In this document: positions 1-9,037 of the stretch, piece after piece
How the letters are laid out: each line of letters starts with the position of its first letter
How positions within the stretch are numbered: position 1 is the stretch's first letter
From: an uncultured Eubacteriales bacterium
GTDB lineage: Bacteria; Bacillota; Clostridia; Lachnospirales; Bianqueaceae
Assembly: GCA_902782895.1 (NCBI GenBank)
Contig: CACZPA010000178.1
Coordinates: forward strand, 1 to 43,593
Reading direction: 5' to 3'
DNA: 43,593 bases
Program-made: the position numbers and the translations under genes
The notes under the pieces: model-generated
Told to the model about the DNA's origin: nothing
The model's database searches: none
The model's input: the letters and a program-made list of their open reading frames with translations, nothing else

Positions 1-1
1 C

Positions 2-1567
2 CCCAAGACCAGCCTGACGAGTACAGGCGACATGGATGAGAGAAGATATTTCGCGCAGGGGCCGCAAGAGGCTTTTCCGATTGAAATAGACGGCGATGAG
101 GTCTGGTTCGGGACGGATATCCTGCTGCGGGATGTTTCCGACAGTACGTTTGCTGTCGGAGCAGAGATCGGGACGGATCTCGTGGGTGTGGATACGCCGG
201 CTTCTTACGCGGCAGCCGCGGGAGCGACTGTCATCGTGAATCTGTACGCGGGAAGTGAATATGCCGGCGCCTCGGATCAGCTGGTCCGGCGCGTACTTGG
301 CTGTTCCGCGGATTATCACTGCGGATATGTGCTTGCCGGAGCCGGAAGCGGAGAGTCGTCGACCGATCTTGTCTATGCCGGACACAGCCTGATCGCGGAG
401 AGCGGTTCGCTGCTGGCGGAGAATGCTCTGTTCGAGGATGGGCTGATCTATAGTGAGCTTGACACCGACAGATTGACGAGAGAACGTACAGCGGATTCGC
501 TGTGGTACGCGGTGCAGGATGAATATATTGAGGTACCGTTTGAAGTACAGGAACAGGACACAGAGCTTATCCGTTCGATAGATCCGGAGCCTTTCATTCC
601 TGAATCAGAGCAGAAGATCGCGGCTTTGCTGGAGATACAGGCAAGAGGCCTTGCCCGCAGACTTTCCCATACACACAGTAAACGGGCTGTTATCGGTGTA
701 TCCGGAGGTTCGGACTCAACTCGCGCGATGCTGGTCGCTGCCAGAGCAGCCGATATTCTCGGCTGGGAACGCGATAAGATTCTGGCGGTAACAATGCCGT
801 GCTTCGGGACTACGAAACGCACACGCTCCAACGCGGAAATCCTTGCGGAGAGCCTGGGAGCGGAGCTTCGCACGGTTGATATCTCGGAATCGGTACGAGT
901 GCACTTCGCGGCAATCGGTCATGATGAGTCCGATCACAGTGTTGTCTTTGAGAACGCACAGGCAAGAGAGCGGACGCAGGTCCTGATGGATATCGCGAAC
1001 GGATGCTCCGGACTTGTGGTCGGGACCGGCGATCTGTCGGAGCTCGCTCTCGGCTGGGCAACCTATAACGGCGATCATATGGCGATGTATTCCGTTAACG
1101 CTTCCGTACCGAAGACGCTCGTACGCAGGATCATCCGGGCGGAGGCGGCGAAGCATCCCGGAACCGCGCTGGAAAAGACTTTGCTCGATATTTTGGATAC
1201 GCCGGTCTCTCCGGAGCTTCTCCCGCCCACGGAAGGCGGTCAGATCGCTCAGATTACGGAGGATCTGGTCGGTCCATACGAGCTGCATGATTTCTTTATC
1301 TATTATTGTGTTAAGTACGGCTTTTCGCCGGATAAGATCGAATGGATGGCGGGCAGAGCGTTCGAGGGACAGTACGATCCCGCGATAATCCGTCATTATC
1401 TGGAGTTCTTCTACAGAAGATTCTTTTCACAGCAGTTTAAGCGTTCCTGCATGCCGGACGGACCCAAGGTGACAGAGATCTCACTTTCTCCGCGCGGTGC
1501 GTTCCGGATGCCCAGCGACGCTTCCAGCAGGGATTTTATGAGCCGGCTCTCCGATCATTCGGAATAA
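2..1567 (+). CDS. nadE: NAD+ synthase, two-domain type (CN-hydrolase domain + PP-loop synthetase domain); 5' end cut by the window edge
   Basis: The frame is open from base 2, with no stop before the ATG at 32. PP-loop motif VIGVSGGSDST is present. The glutaminase-domain block GESSTDLVYAGHSLIAESGSLLAE and the C-terminal synthetase blocks (LALGWATYNGD, PKTLVR) are recognisable. Stop at 1565-1567. Confidence 0.9.
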   Translation, partial: PKTSLTSTGDMDERRYFAQGPQEAFPIEIDGDEVWFGTDILLRDVSDSTFAVGAEIGTDLVGVDTPASYAAAAGATVIVNLYAGSEYAGASDQLVRRVLGCSADYHCGYVLAGAGSGESSTDLVYAGHSLIAESGSLLAENALFEDGLIYSELDTDRLTRERTADSLWYAVQDEYIEVPFEVQEQDTELIRSIDPEPFIPESEQKIAALLEIQARGLARRLSHTHSKRAVIGVSGGSDSTRAMLVAARAADILGWERDKILAVTMPCFGTTKRTRSNAEILAESLGAELRTVDISESVRVHFAAIGHDESDHSVVFENAQARERTQVLMDIANGCSGLVVGTGDLSELALGWATYNGDHMAMYSVNASVPKTLVRRIIRAEAAKHPGTALEKTLLDILDTPVSPELLPPTEGGQIAQITEDLVGPYELHDFFIYYCVKYGFSPDKIEWMAGRAFEGQYDPAIIRHYLEFFYRRFFSQQFKRSCMPDGPKVTEISLSPRGAFRMPSDASSRDFMSRLSDHSE

Positions 1568-1585
1568 GCCGGGAAGGAGGTCTAT

Positions 1586-3613
1586 ATGGCAGGTAAAAAA
1601 GCAGGCGGCAACCATAAGAATGTCCGCGTTTTGCTGACGATTCTGGGCGTGATTGCCATACTTGCGGCGGGAAGCGTCGGATATGCGATGATCACCGGCA
1701 GGATCGGCGGTAAGCCGTCGCAGGATTCTGCAATTGAGGAATCCAAGAGCGTCGAGAATTCTACGGAAGCATCCAAAGAGGATATTTCTAAACCCGACAG
1801 TTCGGCTGCGGACAGTTCCAAAACAGAATCATCCAAAACAGAGTCATCCAAGACAGAATCGTCCAAAACAGAATCATCCAAGGAAGATTCATCAAAGGAC
1901 GATTCTTCCAAACAGGACAGTTCTGTGAACGATTCTTCGACCGCAGAGTCTTCCGCGGAGGATTCGAAAGAAGAATCTTCTGAGGAAGAGGGCGAAGAAT
2001 CGACCACACAGCAGGCGGAAGAATCTTCCCGGGAAGAGGAGCAGGAGGAATCCAGGGAAGACGCTTCTTCGCATGAGACCACGGAGCCTTCCGGTGAGCA
2101 GTATTCCAGCGACTACCTCGTCCGCGTCAATCTGTCCACCAATGTCGTAACGGTTTACGCTAAGGACAGCGATGGCAGCCACACGATTCCTGTCAATGCT
2201 ATGCTTTGTTCCCCTGGACCGGCTACTCCCATAGGAACCTTTGAGATGGCCGGAAAGTGGAGATATCTGGAGCTGGTCGAGAATATGACGGGACAGTATA
2301 TTTCTCAGATTTTGGGAGACTATCTGTTCCATACGGTTCCTTCCTATGGCTGGGACAATGATAATGTCGAAGGGACAGTTATCGTAGACGAGTTCAGAAA
2401 ACAGGGAACCTCCTGCTCGCACGGATGCATTCGTCTGTACGCGGGAGACGCTGCCTGGATGTACTATAATACCGTTGGAAACTGGACTTCCTATAATCCG
2501 ACGATGATCGAGATCGGATATTTCGGCGCCGGAGCGGATCCGTGGGGCACACCGGCAAAACTGGGAGTGCCAGGCTATTATACCGATTATACCATGTGGG
2601 ATCCGACCGATCCGAGCGACAGCAATCCGTGGAAACATCCGTCGATCGAGATTCCGGAGGATCAGCAGACCATAACGCTGAATGTCGGAGATTCGGTTCC
2701 GGATATCGATGTCAAGGGCTATGACGGCTGCGGATATGATATTTCGGGAGATATTTCGATAAGCAGCAATGTGAATCTGTGGGCCCCGGGAGACTATACG
2801 ATTACCTATTCGCTGACAAATTATTACGGGTATTCGACTTCCAAATCCGTATCGGTTACGGTCAAAAGCAATCCCGTAACAGGAGTTGAAGTAGACGGTA
2901 CTGTTTCCGTAGAAGCCGGAAGCAAAGCAGACCTGACGGTCAAGGTCCTGCCGGAGAACGCATCCAATCAGTATGTTTTGTTCGCTTCTGAGGATGAGAG
3001 CGTTGCGACTGTCGATGAAAACGGGACCGTAACGGGTGTCGCCGCGGGAACGACGACGATTGTCGTAACCAGTGACGATAACAGTGAAATCACGGCGAAG
3101 TGCACGGTAACGGTCACTGCCGCTCCGGAACCTACGGAAGAGAGTTCCAACGCGCCTGCCGAGAGCTCAGAAGAGTCAAAAGAGAATTCAGAGACACCTT
3201 CGGAGAGCTCTGAAGAGAGTACTGCGCCGGAAGAATCAAATGAATCCAAGGAAGATTCGACGGAGTCAAAAGCGGAATCCTCTGAGAGTTCTTCGGAGAT
3301 GGAAGAAAGCTCCGCAAGCGGAACCGGCAGCTCGGAAGCTGAGTCAACGAACGAGTCTCAGCAGACAGAAGAATCTGTGACAGAATCTACAGAATCGTCA
3401 GCGGAACAACCGGCGGAATCGTCTGCTGAAGAAACATCCGCAGCGGAATCTCAAGGATCTGCGGAAGAGCCGGAAGGAGCTTCGTCTGCAGAAGATAACG
3501 CGTCTGCTGAGGATAACACGTCCGTCGAAGAGAGCCCTGCAGATGAGACAGCAGAAAGCGAAGGAACCGAAGGCGAAGGAACCGGATCAACAGAGACGCC
3601 TTCCGCACCGTAA
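1586..3613 (+). CDS. Membrane-anchored L,D-transpeptidase (YkuD domain) with Ig-like domains (DUF5011-like and Big_2-like) and long Ser/Glu-rich low-complexity segments
   Basis: RBS GGAAGGAGG lies just upstream of the ATG. There is an N-terminal TM helix (VRVLLTILGVIAILAAGSVGYAMI) and the YkuD catalytic motif SCSHGCIRLY. A Big_2-like block runs VTGVEV...TAKCTVTVT. Acidic S/E-rich stretches precede the catalytic domain and follow the Ig domains. I saw no LPXTG motif. Confidence 0.8.
   Translation: MAGKKAGGNHKNVRVLLTILGVIAILAAGSVGYAMITGRIGGKPSQDSAIEESKSVENSTEASKEDISKPDSSAADSSKTESSKTESSKTESSKTESSKEDSSKDDSSKQDSSVNDSSTAESSAEDSKEESSEEEGEESTTQQAEESSREEEQEESREDASSHETTEPSGEQYSSDYLVRVNLSTNVVTVYAKDSDGSHTIPVNAMLCSPGPATPIGTFEMAGKWRYLELVENMTGQYISQILGDYLFHTVPSYGWDNDNVEGTVIVDEFRKQGTSCSHGCIRLYAGDAAWMYYNTVGNWTSYNPTMIEIGYFGAGADPWGTPAKLGVPGYYTDYTMWDPTDPSDSNPWKHPSIEIPEDQQTITLNVGDSVPDIDVKGYDGCGYDISGDISISSNVNLWAPGDYTITYSLTNYYGYSTSKSVSVTVKSNPVTGVEVDGTVSVEAGSKADLTVKVLPENASNQYVLFASEDESVATVDENGTVTGVAAGTTTIVVTSDDNSEITAKCTVTVTAAPEPTEESSNAPAESSEESKENSETPSESSEESTAPEESNESKEDSTESKAESSESSSEMEESSASGTGSSEAESTNESQQTEESVTESTESSAEQPAESSAEETSAAESQGSAEEPEGASSAEDNASAEDNTSVEESPADETAESEGTEGEGTGSTETPSAP
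1817..1921 (+). repeat. In-frame 15-nt tandem repeat (unit TCCAAAACAGAATCA = SKTES): four near-perfect plus three degenerate copies
   Basis: Read directly: tccaaaacagaatca / tccaaaacagagtca / tccaagacagaatcg / tccaaaacagaatca, then tccaaggaagattca, tcaaaggacgattct and tccaaacaggacagt. It encodes SSKTESSKTESSKTESSKTESSKED... Confidence 0.85.
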
Positions 3614-3662
3614 GTTTTTTGTCGGGCACATTGTCTTTTTTCAAAATTAACGAAATTGGCTC

Positions 3663-3691
3663 TTTACAAATCGGGAAGATTCCTGTATAAT
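3663..3691 (+). promoter_or_regulatory. Sigma-A-type promoter candidate for tRNA-Val (TTTACA-17-TATAAT)
   Basis: TTTACA at 3663-3668, a 17-nt spacer, and TATAAT at 3686-3691, about 15 nt before the tRNA 5' end. Confidence 0.5.
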
Positions 3692-3706
3692 AGGGTCAGT
3701 TTCTGC

Positions 3707-3780
3707 GGGATTATAGCTCAGTTGGTTAGAGTGCCACGTTGACATCGTGGAGGTCACTGGTTCGAGCCCAGCTAATCCCA
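3707..3780 (+). tRNA. tRNA-Val (anticodon GAC)
   Basis: Cloverleaf read by eye: acceptor GGGATTA/TAATCCC, D arm GCTCAGTTGGTTAGAGT, anticodon arm CCACG-TTGACAT-CGTGG, T arm with TTCGAGC loop, discriminator A. No CCA is encoded. Confidence 0.9.
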
Positions 3781-3786
3781 CTACAT

Positions 3787-3816
3787 CCCAAAGGCAAGCC
3801 TTTGGGAATTTTTTTT
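3787..3816 (+). terminator. Rho-independent terminator-like hairpin (CCCAAAGG-CAAG-CCTTTGGG) followed by a T-run
   Basis: Perfect 8-bp stem at 3787-3794/3799-3806, followed by AATTTTTTTT. The T-run runs directly into the GGGAGG RBS of the next CDS. Confidence 0.75.
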
Positions 3817-3828
3817 GGGAGGCGTACA

Positions 3829-5943
3829 ATGGAAGCATACAAAGACGAAGCTCTTTCCTTTGAGACAAGAGCGCTGGATTTGCTGAATCGCATGACTCTT
3901 GAGGAAAAACTAAGCCAGATGACATTTGAATCCAAGGCGATTGAGAGACTCGGCGTACCGGATTATAACTGGTGGAACGAAGCGCTGCACGGTGTCGCAA
4001 GAGCGGGCGTATCCACGATGTTTCCGCAGGCCATCGGACTTGCGGCAATATTTGACGACAAGTTTCTGAAAAAAGTGGCGGACGTCATTTCGACGGAAGG
4101 ACGCGCCAAGTACAAAGCCTATCAGGAAGAGGGCGATCATTCGATCTATAAGGGCCTGACCTTCTGGTCACCGAACGTCAATATCTTCCGTGATCCGCGT
4201 TGGGGACGGGGACAGGAGACCTACGGAGAGGATCCGTACCTGACATCCCGCCTGGGAGTCGCTTTCGTAGAAGGCCTGCAGGGCGACGATCCGAAGTATC
4301 TGAAGGCCGCGGCCTGTGCCAAGCATTATGCGGTACACAGCGGACCGGAAGCGATCCGCCATGAATTCGACGCACAGGCAACGCCCAAGGACATGATGGA
4401 GACCTATCTTCCGGCCTTTGAGGCTTGCGTTAAGGAAGCGAAAGTCGAAGCGGTCATGGGCGCCTATAACCGGACGAACGGCGAACCCTGCTGCGGCAGC
4501 CAGGAGCTGCTCGTCAAGATCCTGCGCGGCAAATGGGGCTTCGCGGGACATGTGGTTTCCGACTGCTGGGCAATCAATGATTTCCACGCGCATCATCATG
4601 TGACCGATACGGCTCCGGAATCCGCTGCTCTGGCGCTGAAGGCCGGCTGTGACGTGAATTGCGGAGTGACTTACATTTACCTGAAGGAAGCGCTCGAAGA
4701 GGGACTGATTACAGAAGAGGATATCGACAAGAGCCTGCTGCGCCTGTTGATCACACGTATGAAGCTCGGCATGTTCGATGATCCGTCCCATGTACCGTAC
4801 GCTCAGATTCCTGTGACGGCTAATAATACCAAAGAGCATAAAGCTCTCAATCTGGACGCTGCCCGCAAGAGCCTTGTATTGCTGAAAAACGCGGACAATG
4901 CGTTGCCCCTTTATCCGGAGAACCTGCGCCAGATCGCCGTTATCGGACCGAACGCCAACAGCCGTCTGGCTCTGATGGGCAATTATTTCGGCGACGCGGA
5001 CCGCTATACCACGGTTCTGGAAGGCATCCAGGACGCGCTCGAAGGGACGGATGTTCAGGTCGTCTATTCGGAAGGCTGCAAAGTGACGGACCGTCATAAG
5101 GCTGCCGAGGATCAGTATATCTATGAGGCGACAGGCCTTGTGAAACGCTCGGATGTGACGGTTCTCGTGCTTGGACTTGACGAGACGCTGGAGGGCGAAG
5201 AGCACCAGGACGGTTCCGGCGATAAGGCGGATCTGCATTATCCGGAGATCCAGGAGAAGCTTTTTGATGCCGTTATCGAGGCCGCGGCCGGTAAACCTGT
5301 CATTCTGATCAGCATGACCGGAAGTGCGATGGATCTGAATAAAGCAACCGAGAAGTGCGCCGCGATCGTGCAGGCCTGGTATCCGGGCTCTCGCGGAGGA
5401 GAGGCGGTTGCGGATCTGCTTTTCGGCAAGTTCAGCCCGTCCGGACATCTGCCGGTGACCTTCTACCGTACACTGGAGGAACTGCCGGAATTCACGGATT
5501 ATCATATGGAGGGCAGGACCTATCGCTACATGAAGAACGAAGCGCTGTATCCGTTCGGATTCGGCCTTTCCTACAGCCATTTCGCCTACAGTCCGGTCAG
5601 TTTTGAACGCAAGGACGATCAGGTAATCGTAACCGTGTCTGTGCAGAATACAGGCAAGATGGATGCCGACGAAATCGTCCAGCTCTATACGATCCACAAG
5701 AGTCCGGTGCTTTCGTCGCCGAACTGTTCGCTGCGCCGTTTTGAGCGCGTCAGCCTTGCGTCGGGCGAGAGCAGGAATATTACCTTTATGCTTGACAGAG
5801 CTGATCTCGAAATGATCGACAATGACGGTGAAAGAGTCCTCGAATCCGGTCTCTATACGGTCACTGTCGGAGGAAGCCAGCCAGACCGCCGCAGCGAAGA
5901 GCTGACGGGAAGTCCGGTCGTCCGCTGGGACTTCGAACTCTGA
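3829..5943 (+). CDS. Glycoside hydrolase family 3 (beta-xylosidase/beta-glucosidase type)
   Basis: Start moved to the ATG at 3829 (RBS GGGAGG at 3817-3822); the track ORF start at 3739 lies inside tRNA-Val. GH3 motifs SPNVNIFRDPRWGRGQETYGEDP and the nucleophile region KWGFAGHVVSDCWA are present. The C-terminal Fn3-like region contains PSGHLPVTFY. Confidence 0.9.
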   Translation: MEAYKDEALSFETRALDLLNRMTLEEKLSQMTFESKAIERLGVPDYNWWNEALHGVARAGVSTMFPQAIGLAAIFDDKFLKKVADVISTEGRAKYKAYQEEGDHSIYKGLTFWSPNVNIFRDPRWGRGQETYGEDPYLTSRLGVAFVEGLQGDDPKYLKAAACAKHYAVHSGPEAIRHEFDAQATPKDMMETYLPAFEACVKEAKVEAVMGAYNRTNGEPCCGSQELLVKILRGKWGFAGHVVSDCWAINDFHAHHHVTDTAPESAALALKAGCDVNCGVTYIYLKEALEEGLITEEDIDKSLLRLLITRMKLGMFDDPSHVPYAQIPVTANNTKEHKALNLDAARKSLVLLKNADNALPLYPENLRQIAVIGPNANSRLALMGNYFGDADRYTTVLEGIQDALEGTDVQVVYSEGCKVTDRHKAAEDQYIYEATGLVKRSDVTVLVLGLDETLEGEEHQDGSGDKADLHYPEIQEKLFDAVIEAAAGKPVILISMTGSAMDLNKATEKCAAIVQAWYPGSRGGEAVADLLFGKFSPSGHLPVTFYRTLEELPEFTDYHMEGRTYRYMKNEALYPFGFGLSYSHFAYSPVSFERKDDQVIVTVSVQNTGKMDADEIVQLYTIHKSPVLSSPNCSLRRFERVSLASGESRNITFMLDRADLEMIDNDGERVLESGLYTVTVGGSQPDRRSEELTGSPVVRWDFEL

Positions 5944-5950
5944 TATAAAA

Positions 5951-6601
5951 ATGATTACCGCATCCGGTATGGCATTGGGACTGTACTGCGCGCTTTCCGT
6001 ATTTGAGTGCTGTCAGGCGGAAAGACACAGCTCCTTCCATTTCGTTAAAACCTTATTGATGCCGGTTCTGACAGCTTTTTATCTGCTGACTTCCCGCCAG
6101 CTCGGGAAGCCGGTGTTCCCGTTTGCAGTATTGGCGCTTGTTTTCGGCTGGGCAGGGGATGTGCTGCTCCTTGGCAAAGGGGACAGATTCTTCCTGTCCG
6201 GCCTTATCAGCTTCCTGTTGGGACATGTTTTCTATGCAATCCTGTTTGTGACGCAGATTGCGCACGGGATGACGCCTGTTTACGCCTGGCTGATGATCGC
6301 GGGTTTCATGATTTATGCCGCGATTGTCGTCCGTTTCCTGATGCCGCATGTCGGAAGTGCGATGCGGATACCGGTCATCGCATATCTTGGCATCATTCTG
6401 CTGATGAATGTCGGTGCAGCATTGCGGGCGGGATCCGTTGCGCTCGTGTCATCCGTCCTGGTGTCGGCAGGAGCGGTGTTTTTCATGATATCCGATACGA
6501 TACTGGCGTTCTCGGTCTTCGGAGGACGCAAGGACCGCGGCGTGATGGAAACGTATACGGCAGCGCAGCTTCTGATCATTACGGGACTGTTATTTGTTTA
6601 A
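5951..6601 (+). CDS. YhhN-family integral membrane protein (lysoplasmalogenase family)
   Basis: Polytopic membrane protein of 216 aa with YhhN-like signatures (GWAGDVLLL, FFMISDTILAF). It starts 8 nt after the GH3 stop. Confidence 0.7.
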   Translation: MITASGMALGLYCALSVFECCQAERHSSFHFVKTLLMPVLTAFYLLTSRQLGKPVFPFAVLALVFGWAGDVLLLGKGDRFFLSGLISFLLGHVFYAILFVTQIAHGMTPVYAWLMIAGFMIYAAIVVRFLMPHVGSAMRIPVIAYLGIILLMNVGAALRAGSVALVSSVLVSAGAVFFMISDTILAFSVFGGRKDRGVMETYTAAQLLIITGLLFV

Positions 6602-6620
6602 CATTATTTCTCTTATATAC

Positions 6621-6649
6621 TTGATTTTTTATTGCAGATACGATAAAAT
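6621..6649 (+). promoter_or_regulatory. Candidate promoter of the gap operon (TTGATT-17-TAAAAT)
   Basis: TTGATT at 6621-6626, a 17-nt spacer, and TAAAAT at 6644-6649 in an AT-rich intergenic region. Confidence 0.4.
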
Positions 6650-6700
6650 ATTTTAAGATGTGGTTCGCTGTGCGCAGCCCGCATGGCAGAAAGGAAGAAC

Positions 6701-7693
6701 ATGGCCAGAATAGCGATTAACGGGTTTGGACGGATCGGAAGGAACGCTTTTAAGATCGGCCTTGAGAAAGGCCTTGATATTGTTGCGGTCAATGATCTGA
6801 CCGATGCCCATACGCTTGCGCATCTTCTGAAATATGATTCCTGTTTTGGCAAGTACTCCGGCGCGGTAGAAGTCCGCGGGACGGATCTTGCCGTTAACGG
6901 CAGACCGATCCGTATTCTTGCCGAGAGAGATCCCGCGAACCTTCCCTGGAAGGAAATGGGGATCGATATCGTGATTGAGTCGACGGGTCTTTTTGCGTCT
7001 GCGGATAAGGCAAAGGCGCATTTGGACGCCGGCGCGCGCAGGGTCATCATTTCCTGCCCGGCCAAGGGTACGAAGTCTTTCGTGATGGGCGTCAACCAGC
7101 AGATGTTTGATCCGGAGACGGATTATGTCATCGATAACGCGTCCTGCACGACAAACTGCCTGAGCCCGATCGTTAAGGTTCTGCAGGATCATTTCGGGAT
7201 CCGTAAGGGCATGATGACGACGGTCCATTCGTACACCAATGACCAGAAGATCCTCGATCTGCCGCATAAAGATCTGCGCAGAGCAAGAGCGGGAGCGCTT
7301 TCCATGATTCCGACGACGACGGGCGCGGCACAGGCTGTGGCAAAAGTCATTCCGGCAATGGAGGGCAGGCTTACCGGCATGTCCGTCCGGGTGCCCACGC
7401 CGACGGTCAGTCTGGTGGATTTTGTCGCGGAGCTTGAGCGCAACGTGACCGTACAGGAGATCAACAGCACGTTCAAGAGCGAAGCGGACGACCACATCCT
7501 CGGATACAGTGAGGAGCCGCTTGTTTCGATCGATTACAAGCAGGATTCGCGTTCCTGCATCATCGACGCGCTGTCCACACTGGTTACCGGCGGCAACATG
7601 GTTAAGGTTGTCGGATGGTATGATAATGAATGGATGTATTCGAACCGGATCGTGGATCTGGCGAGATACGTCGCGGAGCGCTGCGGCTACTAA
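6701..7693 (+). CDS. gap: Glyceraldehyde-3-phosphate dehydrogenase, type I
   Basis: The internal ATG at 6701 is preferred (RBS GAAAGGAAG, then [15 protein letters not shown]); the track start is 6683. The catalytic motif SCTTNCL and the C-terminal WYDNEW are present. Confidence 0.95.
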   Translation: MARIAINGFGRIGRNAFKIGLEKGLDIVAVNDLTDAHTLAHLLKYDSCFGKYSGAVEVRGTDLAVNGRPIRILAERDPANLPWKEMGIDIVIESTGLFASADKAKAHLDAGARRVIISCPAKGTKSFVMGVNQQMFDPETDYVIDNASCTTNCLSPIVKVLQDHFGIRKGMMTTVHSYTNDQKILDLPHKDLRRARAGALSMIPTTTGAAQAVAKVIPAMEGRLTGMSVRVPTPTVSLVDFVAELERNVTVQEINSTFKSEADDHILGYSEEPLVSIDYKQDSRSCIIDALSTLVTGGNMVKVVGWYDNEWMYSNRIVDLARYVAERCGY

Positions 7694-7720
7694 GCACAGC
7701 AGCGGTTACAGAGGTTGCTA

Positions 7721-7738
7721 CAGACAGCAGACTGTCTG
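7721..7738 (+). other. Intercistronic stem-loop between gap and pgk
   Basis: CAGACAG-CAGA-CTGTCTG, a perfect 7-bp stem with no T-run. Confidence 0.35.
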
Positions 7739-7773
7739 AACAATATAGAAAAAGCCGAAAGGGGAATGTAAAG

Positions 7774-8985
7774 ATGCTGAATAAGAAGACCGTTGACGAT
7801 ATTCAGGTCAAAGGGAAAAAGGTCCTTGTACGCTGTGATTTCAACGTCCCGATGAAGGATGGCAAGATCACGGACGAAAACAGAATTGTGGCGGCTCTGC
7901 CGACAATCCGCAAGCTGATCCGTGAAGGAGGTAGAGTAATCCTGTGTTCTCATCTTGGAAAGCCCAAGAACGGACCGGAAGCGAAATTCAGCCTGGCCCC
8001 TGTTGCGGTAAGACTTTCCGAGCTGCTCGGACAGGACGTCGTATTTGCGGATGACGATAACGTAGTCGGAGAGAACGCCAAGGCTGCTGTCGCTGCTATG
8101 AAGGACGGAGACGTCGTGCTGCTGCAGAATACCCGTTTCCGCAAGGAAGAGACCAAGAACGAAGACGCGCTGAGCCAGGAGCTTGCTTCTCTGTGCGACG
8201 GCATTTTCGTAAATGACGCTTTTGGTGCTGCTCATCGCGCACATTGCTCGACTGTAGGCGTTACCAAGTATGTGGATACCGCGGCTGTCGGATATCTGAT
8301 GGAGAAAGAGCTTGCCTTCCTCGGCAATGCTGTTGACGATCCGGTACGTCCCTTCGTCGCGATCCTTGGTGGAGCTAAGGTTGCGGACAAGCTGAACGTT
8401 ATCTCCAATCTGCTGGAGAAGTGCGACACCCTGATCATCGGCGGAGGTATGGCTTATACCTTCCTGAAGGCCAAGGGCTATGAGATCGGACAGTCTCTGC
8501 TGGACGAGACCAAGATCGAGTACTGCCGCAACATGATGGACAAGGCCGCGGAGCTTGGCAAGAAGCTGCTGCTTCCGGTTGATACAGTTGTTACTGATTC
8601 CTTCCCGGATCCGATCGACGCGGAGATCGCTATCGACGTTGTGGATTCCTCCAGAATCCCGGCCGATAAGATGGGTATGGATATCGGACCCAAGACCGTT
8701 GAGCTGTTCAGCGACGCGATCAAGAACGCGAAGACGGTTGTCTGGAACGGACCGATGGGCGTCTTTGAGAATCCGATTCTCGCCAAGGGAACCAAGGCGA
8801 TCGCCGCTGCGCTTGCAGAGACGGACGCGACCACGATTATCGGCGGCGGCGACAGCGCGGCTGCTGTTAACCAGCTTGGCTATGGCGACAAGATGAGCCA
8901 CATCTCCACTGGCGGCGGAGCTTCCCTGGAATTCCTGGAAGGCAAGGAGCTGCCGGGTGTTGCGGCTGTTGACGACAAAGACTGA
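7774..8985 (+). CDS. pgk: Phosphoglycerate kinase
   Basis: Start set to the ATG at 7774 (RBS GAAAGGGG). The product begins [27 protein letters not shown], a typical Pgk N-terminus. The track start at 7630 overlaps the end of gap. Confidence 0.95.
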   Translation: MLNKKTVDDIQVKGKKVLVRCDFNVPMKDGKITDENRIVAALPTIRKLIREGGRVILCSHLGKPKNGPEAKFSLAPVAVRLSELLGQDVVFADDDNVVGENAKAAVAAMKDGDVVLLQNTRFRKEETKNEDALSQELASLCDGIFVNDAFGAAHRAHCSTVGVTKYVDTAAVGYLMEKELAFLGNAVDDPVRPFVAILGGAKVADKLNVISNLLEKCDTLIIGGGMAYTFLKAKGYEIGQSLLDETKIEYCRNMMDKAAELGKKLLLPVDTVVTDSFPDPIDAEIAIDVVDSSRIPADKMGMDIGPKTVELFSDAIKNAKTVVWNGPMGVFENPILAKGTKAIAAALAETDATTIIGGGDSAAAVNQLGYGDKMSHISTGGGASLEFLEGKELPGVAAVDDKD

Positions 8986-9000
8986 TCATTAGCTCATTAC

Positions 9001-9037
9001 ATTCAGGCGGTTTCCACTACCAGGCAGCCGCCTGAAT
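9001..9037 (+). other. Intercistronic stem-loop between pgk and tpiA
   Basis: ATTCAGGCGG (9001-9010) pairs perfectly with CCGCCTGAAT (9028-9037) across a 17-nt loop. It is followed by TTTATAAC, which is only a weak U-tract. Confidence 0.4.

Noticed and set aside
1582-2082. Minus-strand ORF with a DDSVL repeat, and other short ORFs inside the L,D-transpeptidase gene.
   Set aside because: They mirror the plus-strand 15-nt SKTES repeat. The repetitive DNA automatically produces repeat-containing ORFs in other frames. The plus-strand frame is the one that continues into a YkuD catalytic domain.
3739-3828. N-terminal extensions of track ORFs at 3739, 6683, 7630, 13661, 20848, 24066 and 30591.
   Set aside because: These extensions overlap a tRNA, a terminator or the preceding gene, and they lack an RBS. 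In each case an internal ATG with a good Shine-Dalgarno sequence yields the canonical family N-terminus.
4168-5697. Very long minus-strand ORFs opposite known genes. Examples: 4168-5697 (509 aa), 9805-11280 (491 aa), 12154-13740 (528 aa), 16064-17506, 17277-19016 (579 aa), 27632-29080, 30903-32171, 39228-40850 (540 aa), 40992-42161.
   Set aside because: Each lies entirely antisense to a plus-strand gene with unmistakable family motifs (GH3, cysS, rarA, oxidoreductases, recJ, relA, clpX/lon). Their translations are Arg/Leu/Ser/His-rich and low in recognisable motifs, and they lack RBS signals. Long stop-free antisense frames are expected in GC-rich, codon-biased coding DNA.
6655-6685. GGTTCG...AGCCCG string downstream of the GH3-YhhN pair, resembling the 3' end of tRNA-Val. 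This raised the possibility of an att-type direct repeat marking an island inserted at the tRNA.
   Set aside because: The similarity is two hexamers interrupted by 8 unrelated bases. No integrase, recombinase or other mobility gene is present between 3781 and 6680.
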